In this document: positions 45,487 to 55,799 of the stretch, in pieces
Layout: every line of letters begins with the position of its first letter
Position numbering within the stretch: position 1 is the stretch's first letter
Source: an uncultured Gammaproteobacteria bacterium
GTDB lineage: Bacteria > Pseudomonadota > Gammaproteobacteria > CAWCPV01
Direction: 5' to 3'
DNA length: 64,000 nucleotides
Assembly (NCBI GenBank): GCA_963797555.1
Contig: CAWCPV010000010.1
Coordinates: 1 to 64,000 of the forward strand
Position numbers and translations under genes: made by a program
The notes under the pieces: model-generated
Told to the model about the DNA's origin: nothing
Databases searched by the model: none
What the model saw: the letters and a program-made list of their open reading frames with translations, nothing else

Positions 45487-46746
45487 CTACGGCAAGGGAG
45501 TGAGGTCGAGTTTGTCAAAGTCGACAGCACGGCGCTGGCGAACGGCGTAAGCAGGCCGGGCAGCCGGCTGCGCACCTGTCTCTATACCATGGACCTGAAC
45601 CTGTGCCGGCCTCAGGGCACTCCAGCTCTTGCATCCGGGACACTGCCAGTAGAGTGCCATGGCCTCGAACCCACAGCGCTCGCAGCGGTAGAGTCCGCGC
45701 TCCGGCAAGAGCCTTTCCACGACCGCCTTGAGGACTAGGAGGGAATCGCGAAGCTCGCCCCCGCTGTTGGTGACGTTCAGGACGATGAGCTGGTGCAGCC
45801 CGCGTAACGAAGGCGATCGTTTCAGCCACTCGGCGATGAACTGTGCCGCTGCATGGTCGCCGCGCTGCTCTCGCAACAGTTCCGTGAGAGCGAGCAAAGG
45901 CGCAACACCGCCATAGGTTGCGAGTATACGCTCCAGATACGGGACCATGGCAGCCGCGTCCCCTAATCGCCGGTAACACGCAAGCATCGGAGCGATCGTC
46001 TCCGAGAGATACCCCGGATCCTGGTACTCGACGCGCTGGTATGCCTCGATGGCTGCATGCCATTCACCACGCGCGCTGGCCAGCTCCGCGCGCATGAGAC
46101 TTGCCCGCACACTCCGTGGATCGCACGCCAGCGCTTCGTCCAGCCGACGCGACACAGACTCCTGATCGCCCTTCTTCGCAGCACAAGCCGCCAGCTCACA
46201 ATAATAGTGGGCGATGGCCGATGACTGTGAGGCGTGGCTCACTTGCTCGAGCTGGTGCGCCGCCCGGATTGCGCTCTCCCAATCCTTCTCCTGCTGATAG
46301 ATATCCATCAGCTGCCGCAGAGCGGGCACCACGTATTCCCGCAGATCGAGCAGCTCGAGGAACAACCCCTCGGCACGATCCAGCAAACCGGCACGCATGT
46401 AATCCAGGCCCAGATCGAGCAGCGCATGCGTGCGTTGCCCGCGGCTCAGCGTTGTGCGGGCGATCAGGTTCTGATGTATGCGGATGGCCCGGTCCACCTC
46501 ACCTCGCCGGCGATAGAGATTCCCCAAAGCCAAGTGAGTCTCGACTGTGTCCCGGTCCACCTCGACCATTTTGATGAACACCTCGATGGCCTTGTCAGGC
46601 TGCTCGTTGAGCAGATAGTTCAGACCGCGGAAGTATTCCGGTGCCATCGAGGCGGCGTGAGCCGCAGCGTGATATTGACGGTCGCGCCGCCCGACCACCC
46701 AGCCGGAGGCCGCGGCAACCGGCAGCAGCAACCACAGCAGATTCAT
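45487..46746 (-). CDS. lapB: LPS assembly protein B
   Basis: LLLPVAAASGW, YFRGLNYLLNEQPDKAI, TPRs, rubredoxin CERCG..CPGC. Confidence 0.95.
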   Translation of the reverse strand: MNLLWLLLPVAAASGWVVGRRDRQYHAAAHAASMAPEYFRGLNYLLNEQPDKAIEVFIKMVEVDRDTVETHLALGNLYRRRGEVDRAIRIHQNLIARTTLSRGQRTHALLDLGLDYMRAGLLDRAEGLFLELLDLREYVVPALRQLMDIYQQEKDWESAIRAAHQLEQVSHASQSSAIAHYYCELAACAAKKGDQESVSRRLDEALACDPRSVRASLMRAELASARGEWHAAIEAYQRVEYQDPGYLSETIAPMLACYRRLGDAAAMVPYLERILATYGGVAPLLALTELLREQRGDHAAAQFIAEWLKRSPSLRGLHQLIVLNVTNSGGELRDSLLVLKAVVERLLPERGLYRCERCGFEAMALYWQCPGCKSWSALRPAQVQVHGIETGAQPAARPAYAVRQRRAVDFDKLDLTPLP

Positions 46747-46817
46747 CACGTCCGCTGGCTCCTCACGCCGTGAGGACGTTCTCGATGCCTCGCTGGGCAG
46801 ACGAAAGCCCTCCGCCA

Positions 46818-47105
46818 TTAGCTCTTGGACTTGTCCACGCGTTCCCGGAGATCCTTGCCGGGTCTGAAATGAGGGACATACTTCCCGGGTAAGGGGACCG
46901 GTTCGCCGGTCTTGGGGTTGCGTCCCACACGAGGCGGACGATAGTGTAAGGAGAAACTCCCGAACCCCCGGATCTCGATACGCTCGCCCTTCGCCAACGA
47001 CTCAACCAACTGTTCGATGACGGTCTTCACCGCCAACTCCACATCCTTCGGGAGCAATTGCTGGAGCTTTTGTACGAGCCGCTCTATCAACTCCGACTTG
47101 GTCAT
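46818..47105 (-). CDS. ihfB: Integration host factor beta
   Basis: [25 protein letters not shown]. Confidence 0.97.
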   Translation of the reverse strand: MTKSELIERLVQKLQQLLPKDVELAVKTVIEQLVESLAKGERIEIRGFGSFSLHYRPPRVGRNPKTGEPVPLPGKYVPHFRPGKDLRERVDKSKS

Positions 47106-47210
47106 GCACTCCCCCCCTGGGCCGCACGAGCACCCGTCTCATCCACAGACGCGCAGTGTGACTGATGAGAGTGGATCAACGAAGAGCGTCAAGGACAGCT
47201 CGCGATGGCT

Positions 47211-48890
47211 TCATGAGCCCTTGTTTTCCATCTGCTCCTTCAGCAGATCCCCGAGGGTGGCACTGCCTGCGCTGCCCGAGCGTGTCGTATAGTCCTGCAC
47301 TGCCTCTGCTTCCTCTTCGCTCTCCTTCGCCTTGATGGACAGCGTGATGGTGCGGTTCTTGCGGTCCACGCCAATGAACTTCGCCTCCAGTTCGTCGCCG
47401 ACCTTGATCATGGTGCGAGCATCCTCGATCCGATCACGGGCCAGTTCGGAGGCACGGAGGTGCCCTTCCACGCCCCCGCCCAGCTGGAGCACGGCTCCCT
47501 TTGCCTCCACCGCCGTCACCAAACCCCTCACGACGCTCCCCTTGGGGTGCTCGGCGACGAAGCTCGCGAACGGGTCCTTGTCTAGCTGTTTAATACCGAG
47601 GGAGATGCGCTCCCGCTCCGGGTCGACCGCGAGCACCACGGCTTCGATTTCGTCGCCCTTCTTGTAGTTTCGCACGGCTTCCTCGCCGGGTTGGGCCCAG
47701 GAGATGTCCGAAAGGTGCACCAAGCCATCGATTCCTCCGTCGAGACCGATGAAGATCCCGAAGTCGGTGATGGACTTGATCTTGCCCGCCACCCGGTCCC
47801 CCTTGTTATGCCCGGCGGCAAACTCGTCCCACGGATTGGGCAGACACTGCTTCATCCCCAGCGAGATGCGGCGGCGCTCCTCGTCGATGTCGAGAACCAT
47901 CACTTCCACTTCGTCTCCGGGCTGCACCATCTTAGCTGGGTTGACGTTCTTGTTGGTCCAATCCATCTCGGAGACGTGCACGAGGCCCTCCACGCCCTCT
48001 TCGATCTCGACGAAGCAGCCATAGTCGGTAATGTTCGTGACCTTGCCGAACAGCCGCGTCTGGGGTGGGTAACGCCGCGCGAGATCCACCCAGGGATCCT
48101 CCTCCAGCTGCTTCAGTCCCAACGAGACGCGCTCGCGTTCGCGATCGAACTTGATGACCTTCACCTCGATCTCATCGCCGACGTCCACTACTTCGGACGG
48201 ATGCTTGACCCGTTTCCATGCCATGTCGGTAATATGCAGCAACCCGTCGAGTCCGCCCAAATCCACGAAGGCGCCGTAGTCCGTCAGGTTCTTGACGACG
48301 CCTTTCAGCACCTGCCCTTCTTCCAGCCGATCGAGCAGGGCCTGGCGCTCGGCACTCGTCTCGCTCTCGACCACCGCGCGCCGTGAGACAACGACGTTGT
48401 TGCGCTTGCGATCCAGCTTGATGACCTTGAATTCCAACTGCTTGCCTTCCAGGTAGGAGGTGTCCCGCACGGGCCGCACGTCCACCAGTGAGCTGGGTAG
48501 GAAGGCACGCACGTCGTCGATGTCCACGGTGTAACCACCCTTGACCTTCCCGCTGAACAGACCCGTTACCGTCTCACCCGTCTCGAACGCGTGCTCCAAG
48601 CGGTTCCATGACTTGGCGCGCTTCGCCTTCTCCCGAGAGAGACGCGTCTCGCCAAAGCCGTTCTCCACAGACTCGACCGAAACTTCGACGTGATCACCCA
48701 CCGCCACGTCCGGCACCCCTTCCTCGTTCAGAAATTCCTCGATGCGGATGATGCCTTCCGACTTTAGGCCGGCGTTTACTACCACCGCCTCCAAGGTCAC
48801 CTCCACCACGGTCGCACGGACTATGGCGCCTGGCTTCAGGTGCCGCGTGTTGAGACTCTCTTCCAGTAGCTCCGCGAAACTTTCGTTCAT
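47211..48890 (-). CDS. rpsA: 30S ribosomal protein S1
   Basis: Repeated S1 domains ([27 protein letters not shown]). Confidence 0.98.
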   Translation of the reverse strand: MNESFAELLEESLNTRHLKPGAIVRATVVEVTLEAVVVNAGLKSEGIIRIEEFLNEEGVPDVAVGDHVEVSVESVENGFGETRLSREKAKRAKSWNRLEHAFETGETVTGLFSGKVKGGYTVDIDDVRAFLPSSLVDVRPVRDTSYLEGKQLEFKVIKLDRKRNNVVVSRRAVVESETSAERQALLDRLEEGQVLKGVVKNLTDYGAFVDLGGLDGLLHITDMAWKRVKHPSEVVDVGDEIEVKVIKFDRERERVSLGLKQLEEDPWVDLARRYPPQTRLFGKVTNITDYGCFVEIEEGVEGLVHVSEMDWTNKNVNPAKMVQPGDEVEVMVLDIDEERRRISLGMKQCLPNPWDEFAAGHNKGDRVAGKIKSITDFGIFIGLDGGIDGLVHLSDISWAQPGEEAVRNYKKGDEIEAVVLAVDPERERISLGIKQLDKDPFASFVAEHPKGSVVRGLVTAVEAKGAVLQLGGGVEGHLRASELARDRIEDARTMIKVGDELEAKFIGVDRKNRTITLSIKAKESEEEAEAVQDYTTRSGSAGSATLGDLLKEQMENKGS

Positions 48891-49011
48891 TGCCTCGATT
48901 GCACCCATAATGACAACACTGCGTGGATCCACCGGCGGCCGGAGCCACGATGGTTCCTTAAACAAATAGCCACACCTCGGCGAGCGCCTGCTCCACCGAC
49001 GGCCTGGATAT

Positions 49012-49698
49012 TCACCCTTTCCGGCCGAGCCTTTGGCGTACCAGCGCCATGACAAGCCCTACCACCGCCTCCACTCCGAGGCCGGTAGTATCTACGATGG
49101 ACGCATCGGAGGCCGGCCGCAACGGCGCAATCGCGCGTTGGATATCGCGGGTGTCGCGCTCGACAAGGTCCTGCAATATGCAGCCAAGGTTAGCACCCAT
49201 GCCTAGTTCCTTCAACTGCTTATGGCGTCGCCGCGCACGCTCCTCGGCGGTTGCGGTCAGGAACACTTTGACGTCGGCCTCCGGAAACACCACTGTTCCC
49301 ATGTCCCGCCCGTCTGCAACCAAGCCGGGGGGCAGACGGAATTTGCGCTGGCACTCGAGCAGCGCATCGCGCACTTCCGTCACGGCCGCCAGCCGCGATG
49401 CCAAGCGCGCTATCGCCTCGGCGCGGAGATCCGTAGACACATCGCGGTCACCCCAGAAGACTCGCGCCGGCGCGACACTCGCAGCGTCGGGCTCGAAGCG
49501 CGGATCCAGCCCGCGCGCGAGTGCGCACACGGAGTCTAGATCCTCGTGCGCCAAGCCCTCTCGCTCCACCGCCAGGGCGAGCAGGCGGTATAGGGCGCCA
49601 CTGTCCAGCAGGCGCCACCCGAGTCGACGTGCCACCAAAGTGGCCACGGTGCCCTTCCCTGAGCCACTCGGACCGTCCAAGGTGAGCACTGGGACCAC
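49012..49698 (-). CDS. cmk: Cytidylate kinase
   Basis: [29 protein letters not shown]. Confidence 0.97.
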   Translation of the reverse strand: MVPVLTLDGPSGSGKGTVATLVARRLGWRLLDSGALYRLLALAVEREGLAHEDLDSVCALARGLDPRFEPDAASVAPARVFWGDRDVSTDLRAEAIARLASRLAAVTEVRDALLECQRKFRLPPGLVADGRDMGTVVFPEADVKVFLTATAEERARRRHKQLKELGMGANLGCILQDLVERDTRDIQRAIAPLRPASDASIVDTTGLGVEAVVGLVMALVRQRLGRKG

Positions 49699-49761
49699 AA
49701 GCCGCGGGTTAGGATACCGTACTATCTGCGTCCCTCCCGGGCGACGCCGCGACTGACGCGA

Positions 49762-51093
49762 TCAGGTCTCCTCCACGGTGATACGCAGCCCTGCACCCGT
49801 CGCGACAGACACGAACTTCGGAAAAGAGGTGTCCACGTTGCGGCAGTCCAGGATGCGGACCGGCTCGTTGGCACGCAGGGCCGCGACCGCAAATGCCATG
49901 GCTGCGCGATGGTCGCCGCGGCTGTCCACGGTCGCGCCTCGCAAAGTAGCACTGCCCTGGATAACGATACCGTCCTCTCGGGGATGTGCCTCCACGCCCA
50001 TACGCTGCAGGCCCTCCGCCATCACTTGAATGCGATCGCTCTCCTTCACCCGCAGTTCCCGTGCGCCCTTCAGCACGGTCGTCCCTCGCGCGCAGGCCGC
50101 AGCCACGAATAGCGCGGGAAACTCGTCAATGGCCAGCGGCACCTGTTCCGGCGCGATGGTCACGCCGTGGAGCTGGCTCGTCCTGACGGCAATGTCCGCT
50201 AAGGGCTCACCGCTCGCTTGACGGGGGTTGGAAATCTCGATATCCGCTCCCATCGCGCGCAGGATCTCGATAACCCCGGCGCGGCTCGGGTTGACCCCAA
50301 CACCCTCGAGGACCACGTTTGACGCAGCCCCGATCGCAGCTCCGACCATAAAAAACGCGGCCGAGGACAGGTCGCCGGGAACCTCGATTCGGGCACCTCG
50401 GAGCTGGGCGCCGCCCTGCACGCAGACCGTACTGTCCTCGCGTCGAATGGGGCAGCCAAAGGCCTGCAGCATGCGCTCGGTGTGGTCACGGCTTGGAGAG
50501 GGCTCGGTCACACAGGTCATCCCCCGGGCATACAGGCCAGCTAGCAACACACTGGACTTTACCTGGGCGCTCGCCACGGGCATGTGGTAATGGATCCCGC
50601 GGAGTTCGTCAGTCGGACGAACACTGAGAGGCGCAGTACCGGCCGCCGAGGTTTCGATGCGCGCGCCCATCGCGCCGAGTGGCTCGCTCACGCGACGCAT
50701 CGGCCGGCGCGAGAGCGAGGCATCCCCCTCCAGGGTAACACCGAACCGCTGACCCGCCAGCAGGCCGGCCAACAGGCGCATGGAGGTCCCAGAGTTACCG
50801 AGATAGAGGGGTCCGTCAGGCGGACGCAGGCCGTACCTGCCGACCCCTTGCACCACGAGTCGTCCTCCATCGGGTCCCTGGACGATCGCGCCCATCGCCC
50901 GCAGAGCAGCCAGCGTCGCCAGGGTGTCCTCCCCTTCCAAGAAGCCGTCGATAAGCGTCTCGCCCTCCGCCACGGCACCCAGCATCAGCGCCCGGTGCGA
51001 AATGGACTTGTCTCCCGGGACCTTCAGGCGCCCTTGCACGCGACCCCCGGGAGCCACCCGGAACAGAAGCTGTCCGGCCGGACGCTGCGTCAT
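49762..51093 (-). CDS. aroA: EPSP synthase
   Basis: PGDKSISHR, GNSGT, SAQVKS, LRVKESDR, DHR. Confidence 0.97.
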   Translation of the reverse strand: MTQRPAGQLLFRVAPGGRVQGRLKVPGDKSISHRALMLGAVAEGETLIDGFLEGEDTLATLAALRAMGAIVQGPDGGRLVVQGVGRYGLRPPDGPLYLGNSGTSMRLLAGLLAGQRFGVTLEGDASLSRRPMRRVSEPLGAMGARIETSAAGTAPLSVRPTDELRGIHYHMPVASAQVKSSVLLAGLYARGMTCVTEPSPSRDHTERMLQAFGCPIRREDSTVCVQGGAQLRGARIEVPGDLSSAAFFMVGAAIGAASNVVLEGVGVNPSRAGVIEILRAMGADIEISNPRQASGEPLADIAVRTSQLHGVTIAPEQVPLAIDEFPALFVAAACARGTTVLKGARELRVKESDRIQVMAEGLQRMGVEAHPREDGIVIQGSATLRGATVDSRGDHRAAMAFAVAALRANEPVRILDCRNVDTSFPKFVSVATGAGLRITVEET

Positions 51094-52037
51094 GGCTCGG
51101 AGGCATCTCGGTGCTGGGCCGCACTCGCCGGGACGACCTCGCTCAAGCGGTTTCGCGCGGCACGGGCCAGTGCGAACGCAGTCCACAGGCGCCGCCCGTC
51201 AGCGGCGAGTAATGCTTCCTCAAGACCGGTCAACTCCGCCGTGAAACGCCTCAGCACCTTCAACAGGGCGTCACGGTTTGCCAGGCAGATGTCTCGCCAC
51301 AGATCGGGGTCGCTGGCGGCTATGCGCGTGGCATCGCGGAGGCCCCCGGCCGCATAGCGGAACAGCCCGCCGTCCGAGTCCATGCTTGCCAGGGTGTCCA
51401 TCAAAGCATAGGCGATCAAGTGCGGCAGGTGGCTGGTCGCCGCGAGCACCTCATCATGCCGGTGGGGCTCCATCTCCACGACTTCCGCTCCCGCGGCTGT
51501 CCACAGCGCGCAGACCCGGGCCAGGGCTGAGGGATCGGTGCTCGGCAGCGGAGTGAGTACCACGCGGTGAGATCGAAACAGGTTCCGGTCGGAGGCATCC
51601 ACTCCGCTCTTCTCGTTCCCCGCGATGGGATGTCCTGGAACGAACGCCGGCGGCACGTCGCCGAAAGCCTGCCGTGCGGCGTCGATGACGAACAGCTTGG
51701 CGCTGCCGGCGTCCGTCACGACAGCCCCGGGCGCAAGAGAGCCCCTCATGGCCTGGAACACATCAGGCATCGCAGTCAGGGGGACGGACACCAAGACGAG
51801 GTCCGCACCGCGTATCGCGTCCGCAATATCGAATTCGTAGCGGTCGATCACCCCGAGCTGCGCGGCCCTGTCCAGATGCGCACGCTGTCGGCCGCAGCCG
51901 ATAATCTCCCCGCAGACCGCACGCACGGCGCGTGCGAGGGACCCGCCAATGAGCCCGACTCCGATGATGGTCAACCGTTTCGCCACCCAGGGGGCGGCCG
52001 GAGACCGTTCGCAATCGTGGAGCACCACACCTGCCAT
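51090..52037 (-). CDS. tyrA: Prephenate dehydrogenase (start approximate)
   Basis: GVGLIGGS, DAGSAK, GHPIAG, SHLPHL. Confidence 0.93.
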   Translation of the reverse strand: MAGVVLHDCERSPAAPWVAKRLTIIGVGLIGGSLARAVRAVCGEIIGCGRQRAHLDRAAQLGVIDRYEFDIADAIRGADLVLVSVPLTAMPDVFQAMRGSLAPGAVVTDAGSAKLFVIDAARQAFGDVPPAFVPGHPIAGNEKSGVDASDRNLFRSHRVVLTPLPSTDPSALARVCALWTAAGAEVVEMEPHRHDEVLAATSHLPHLIAYALMDTLASMDSDGGLFRYAAGGLRDATRIAASDPDLWRDICLANRDALLKVLRRFTAELTGLEEALLAADGRRLWTAFALARAARNRLSEVVPASAAQHRDASEP

Positions 52038-52040
52038 TGC

Positions 52041-52412
52041 TCAGAGCTCTCGGCCGGGCCCACCAGCACGCCCGCAACGAGCGCTCCAAGGCTTACTGCA
52101 AAGGCGCATTCCCCCTCTTCCCGTCCCGGGCTGGCCCGCGCATGGCGCGACATCCCGCGACCGCCCAGCGGAATAGTTCGGTTTGGCGCTATACACCGCG
52201 AGGCTTCGGCACCACTGCCAAGCGCAGGGCCTCCATCCAGCGAGATCGCCCGCGCTGCCTCCGGAGGCGGTCTTGCGGCGCAGGGGGTTCGGGTTGGGGG
52301 TCGGCTTCGGCATCACGGAGCCGCACTCCCGCTCCAGCGCCTCCGCGGGCTTGCCAAGCTCCTGCCGGCTGAGGGTCCGCGACAGACCCGTGTCAAGCGC
52401 AGGCCGGAGCAT
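52041..52412 (-). pseudogene. hisC: Eroded histidinol-phosphate aminotransferase vestige
   Basis: ATG directly after pheA stop; GKPAEALERECG..KPTPNPNPL resembles GKPIEELERELG..KLASNENPL; PLGGRGMSRHARASPGREE resembles the C-terminal P..GYGM..HLRVSIG.EE. Confidence 0.65.
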
Positions 52413-53513
52413 TTAGCCCACCGCCCTCGGGTAGGAGCCGAGGACCTTCAGGACGGACGCTTGCTCCGCCAACTCCTGCAGGGCTTCCGCCACGGGCGGG
52501 TCGGCGGCGTGACCCTCGATGTCGATGAAAAACAGGTAGTCCCAGATGCCGCGCCGCGAGGGGCGGGATTCGATGCGGGTCATGCTGATGCCGCAGCGGG
52601 CGAAGGACGCCAGGAGCCGATACAAGGCGCCCGGCCGGTTCGCGGTGGAAAGCATGATGGATGTCTTGTCCTCGCCGCTCGGACGACTTTCCTGCCGCCC
52701 GATGACGAGGAAACGCGTGGTGTTGGTTGGCTCGTCCTCGATATTCGCAGCAAGCACATTCAGTTCATACAGTTCCGCCGCGGTAGCCCCCGCGATCGCG
52801 CCGGCACCCGCCTCCCGGGAGGCTCTGCGCGCAGCCTCTGCGTTGCTACTCACGGGTATGCGCTCGATTCCGGCAAGGTGGGTCTGTAACCACTCGCGGC
52901 ACTGGGCGAGCGACTGCTGATGAGAATACACCCGCGAAAGCTGCGCCAAGCTCTCCTCCTTGGAGAGGACGTGGTGATGGACACGCAGCTCCACCTCGCC
53001 GCAGATCTTGAGCGGCGATAGGACGAAGCGATCCAGAGTGTGGGTGACGACGCCCTCGGTGGAGTTCTCCACTGGTACGACGCCGAAGTGGGCCGCGGCA
53101 GCTTCCACGTCTCGAAACACCTCCTCGATGCTGCCGAGGGGGACGGTCTGCGCCTCGCGACCGAAATGCTTATGCGCGGCGCTCTGGGTGAAGGTGCCGG
53201 GCGGCCCCAGAAAAGCCACCTTCAGCGGCTGCTGGAGCGCCAGACACGCCGACATCACTTCACGAAACAGATGTACCATGACGCCGTTGTCGAGCGGACC
53301 GCGGTTGCGTGCCACGACCCTGCGCAACACCTGGGCCTCGCGCTCCGGCCGGTAGTACGCGTCTTCCTCGCTGCCGCTCTGCTTTAGCCGCGCCACCTGC
53401 TGAGCGCAGGCAGCGCGCTCGGTGATCAGCCGCTGAATCTGCTCGTCCAGCGCGTCGATACGCGTCCGAATGGCTGTGAGCTGATCCTGCTCTGGCACCA
53501 TGAATGCCGTCAA
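52413..53513 (-). CDS. pheA: Chorismate mutase/prephenate dehydratase
   Basis: RIDALD, YRPERE, GVVPVENS, NTTRF, IESRPS. Confidence 0.97.
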   Translation of the reverse strand: MTAFMVPEQDQLTAIRTRIDALDEQIQRLITERAACAQQVARLKQSGSEEDAYYRPEREAQVLRRVVARNRGPLDNGVMVHLFREVMSACLALQQPLKVAFLGPPGTFTQSAAHKHFGREAQTVPLGSIEEVFRDVEAAAAHFGVVPVENSTEGVVTHTLDRFVLSPLKICGEVELRVHHHVLSKEESLAQLSRVYSHQQSLAQCREWLQTHLAGIERIPVSSNAEAARRASREAGAGAIAGATAAELYELNVLAANIEDEPTNTTRFLVIGRQESRPSGEDKTSIMLSTANRPGALYRLLASFARCGISMTRIESRPSRRGIWDYLFFIDIEGHAADPPVAEALQELAEQASVLKVLGSYPRAVG

Positions 53514-54676
53514 TCGATAGGGCGAACCGCCAGCACGCCATCAATGCCGGCGATGTCCCGAACCACCGCCTCGGACAGGGGACGGTCTACGTCGGTAAGC
53601 GTATAGGCCATCGTCCCGCGGGACTTGTTCAACATGTCGATGATGTTCAGGCCCGCACGGGCCATCGCCGTCGAGATCTGACCCACCATGTTGGGCACGT
53701 TCGCGTTCACGATAGCGATGCGGAACCCCTCCGTCCGAGGCATGAGCACCTCGGGGAAGTTCACCGAGTTGCGCACGTTGCCGTTCTCGAGATAGTCACG
53801 GAGCTGATCGCAGGCCATGATGGCACAGTTGTCTTCCGCTTCCCGAGTCGAAGCGCCGATGTGGGGCAGTGCCACGACCCGCGGATGTCCTTGAAGACGG
53901 CTGCCCGGAAAATCGCACACGTAGGCATACACCCTGCCGCCGTTGATGGCCTCCAGCACGGCGAGTTCGTCCACGATCTCCTGGCGGGCGAAGTTGAGAA
54001 TCACCACCCCTGGCTTCAGGAGCCTCAATCGGTCGGCGTTGATAAGACTCTTCGTACGCTCGTTCAGAGGTACGTGGAAAGAGATAAAGTCCGAATGCGC
54101 CAGGAGATCATCGACACCGGCCGCCTGCTGCACCTGGGAAGAGAGCTGCCAGGCGCGTTGCACCGTGATGTCCGGGTCGTAGCCAATCACCTTCATGCCG
54201 AGATTAATCGCCACGTTGGCGACCTGAACTCCGATGGCGCCCAGCCCGATGACGCCCAGGGTCCGCCCCGGAAGCTCGAAACCCACGAACTGCTTCTTGC
54301 CCGCCTCGACTTCGCGATATTGGCTGGCGTCATCCCCCTGCAAGGACCGCGCAAAGTCCCATGCCTGGCAGATGTTGCGGCAGGCGAGCAGCATGCCGGC
54401 CACGACCAACTCCTTCACGGCGTTGGCGTTTGCGCCCGGGGCATTGAATACCGCCACCCCACGTCGATCCATGGCCTCGACCGGGATGTTGTTGACCCCA
54501 GCCCCGGCGCGGCCAACCGCCTTCAGGGTCTCGGGGATCTCCATGCGGTGCATGTCGGCGGAGCGCACCAAGATGGCATCGGGATGCCGGATCTCGGACG
54601 CCACCTCATAGCGGTCGCGCGGCAGGCGCTCCAAACCTGCCACCGAGATGTTATTCAATGTGAGAATCTTGAACAT
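53510..54676 (-). CDS. serA: D-3-phosphoglycerate dehydrogenase
   Basis: RAGAGVNN, GLGAIG, PHIGAST, C-terminal ACT domain; follows serC. Confidence 0.9.
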   Translation of the reverse strand: MFKILTLNNISVAGLERLPRDRYEVASEIRHPDAILVRSADMHRMEIPETLKAVGRAGAGVNNIPVEAMDRRGVAVFNAPGANANAVKELVVAGMLLACRNICQAWDFARSLQGDDASQYREVEAGKKQFVGFELPGRTLGVIGLGAIGVQVANVAINLGMKVIGYDPDITVQRAWQLSSQVQQAAGVDDLLAHSDFISFHVPLNERTKSLINADRLRLLKPGVVILNFARQEIVDELAVLEAINGGRVYAYVCDFPGSRLQGHPRVVALPHIGASTREAEDNCAIMACDQLRDYLENGNVRNSVNFPEVLMPRTEGFRIAIVNANVPNMVGQISTAMARAGLNIIDMLNKSRGTMAYTLTDVDRPLSEAVVRDIAGIDGVLAVRPID

Positions 54677-54716
54677 GTCGTTGTCGGAGCCTGAGTTGGG
54701 CGACCCGCCGCTAACC

Positions 54717-55799
54717 TCAGCCATGGCGGCGTTCGAACCCGGTCATGAAGCTCACCAAGGCGTCCACCCCTTCTTCGGGCATGGCATTATAAATGCTCGC
54801 CCGCATCCCGCCTACGGACCGGTGGCCCCTGAGAGAGACCAGCCCCGCCTCTTTGGCCTGCTTCAGGAAGACATCGTCCAGCTCCGGGCGTGCCAGCGTG
54901 AACGGGACGTTCATCCACGAGCGGCATGCGGGGTCGACTGGGTTGGCATAGAAGTCGGAGCGGTCGATGGCCGCATACAGCTTCTCGGCCTTACGTAGGT
55001 TTCGCTGCGCCATGGGAGCGAGACCTCCCCGGCGTTTCAGCCACTGGAACACCAAGCCCGCGACGTACCACGCGTACGTGGGAGGCGTGTTGTACATGGA
55101 CTGGTGGTCTGCCTGCACGCGGTAGTCGAACATTGCAGGGGTCGCGGGAACGGTCTCACCGATGAGATCATCCCGCACGATCACCACGGTCAAGCCCGCA
55201 GGGCCGATGTTCTTCTGTGCCCCGGCATAGATCACACCGAATCGGGAGACGTCCAGGGGACGCGACAGCAGGGTGGAGGACATGTCCGCGACAAGGGGCA
55301 CGCCTCCCGGCTCCGGGAGCCAATGGAACTCGACTCCCCCGATGGTCTCGTTGGGGGTGTAGTGGACGTAAGCGGCGCCAGGGTCCAGGCGCCAACTGTC
55401 GCGGCGAGGAATGGTGGTAAAGGCGCTTTCCTCGGCGCTCGCCGCCACATTCACGCGACAGAAGCGTTTCCCCTCCCCGATCGCCTTCTGGGACCACAGC
55501 CCGGTATCGATGTAGTCCGCGCTCGCCGCTCCCCGCAGGAGATTCATGGGAACCATGGCGAACTGAGCGGAGGCTCCCCCCTGCAGGAAGAGCACCCGAT
55601 AGCTTTCCGGTATCCCCAGCAGCTCCCGCAAATCCCTCTCGGCACGCTCCGCGATGCCTACGAACTCCTTCCCCCGGTGACTCATCTCCATCACCGACAT
55701 GCCACTGCCGCGCCATTCCGCCAGTTCATCCCGCGCTTGGTGCAGGACCTCTTCGGGCAATACTGCCGGACCTGCGCTGAAGTTGAACACTCGCGCCAT
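54717..55799 (-). CDS. serC: Phosphoserine aminotransferase
   Basis: NFSAGPA, EMSHR, YAGAQKN, GHRSVGGMRAS. Confidence 0.98.
   Translation of the reverse strand: MARVFNFSAGPAVLPEEVLHQARDELAEWRGSGMSVMEMSHRGKEFVGIAERAERDLRELLGIPESYRVLFLQGGASAQFAMVPMNLLRGAASADYIDTGLWSQKAIGEGKRFCRVNVAASAEESAFTTIPRRDSWRLDPGAAYVHYTPNETIGGVEFHWLPEPGGVPLVADMSSTLLSRPLDVSRFGVIYAGAQKNIGPAGLTVVIVRDDLIGETVPATPAMFDYRVQADHQSMYNTPPTYAWYVAGLVFQWLKRRGGLAPMAQRNLRKAEKLYAAIDRSDFYANPVDPACRSWMNVPFTLARPELDDVFLKQAKEAGLVSLRGHRSVGGMRASIYNAMPEEGVDALVSFMTGFERRHG

Noticed and set aside
45113-45500. Possible pyrF remnant or ops/JUMPstart element upstream of manC
   Set aside because: Only short AVDF and GAFQVG echoes, and no exact GGCGGTAG ops core
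52283-52312. Hexamer-like repeat encoding PKPTPNPNP
   Set aside because: Better explained as degenerate hisC KLASNENP sequence than a functional repeat
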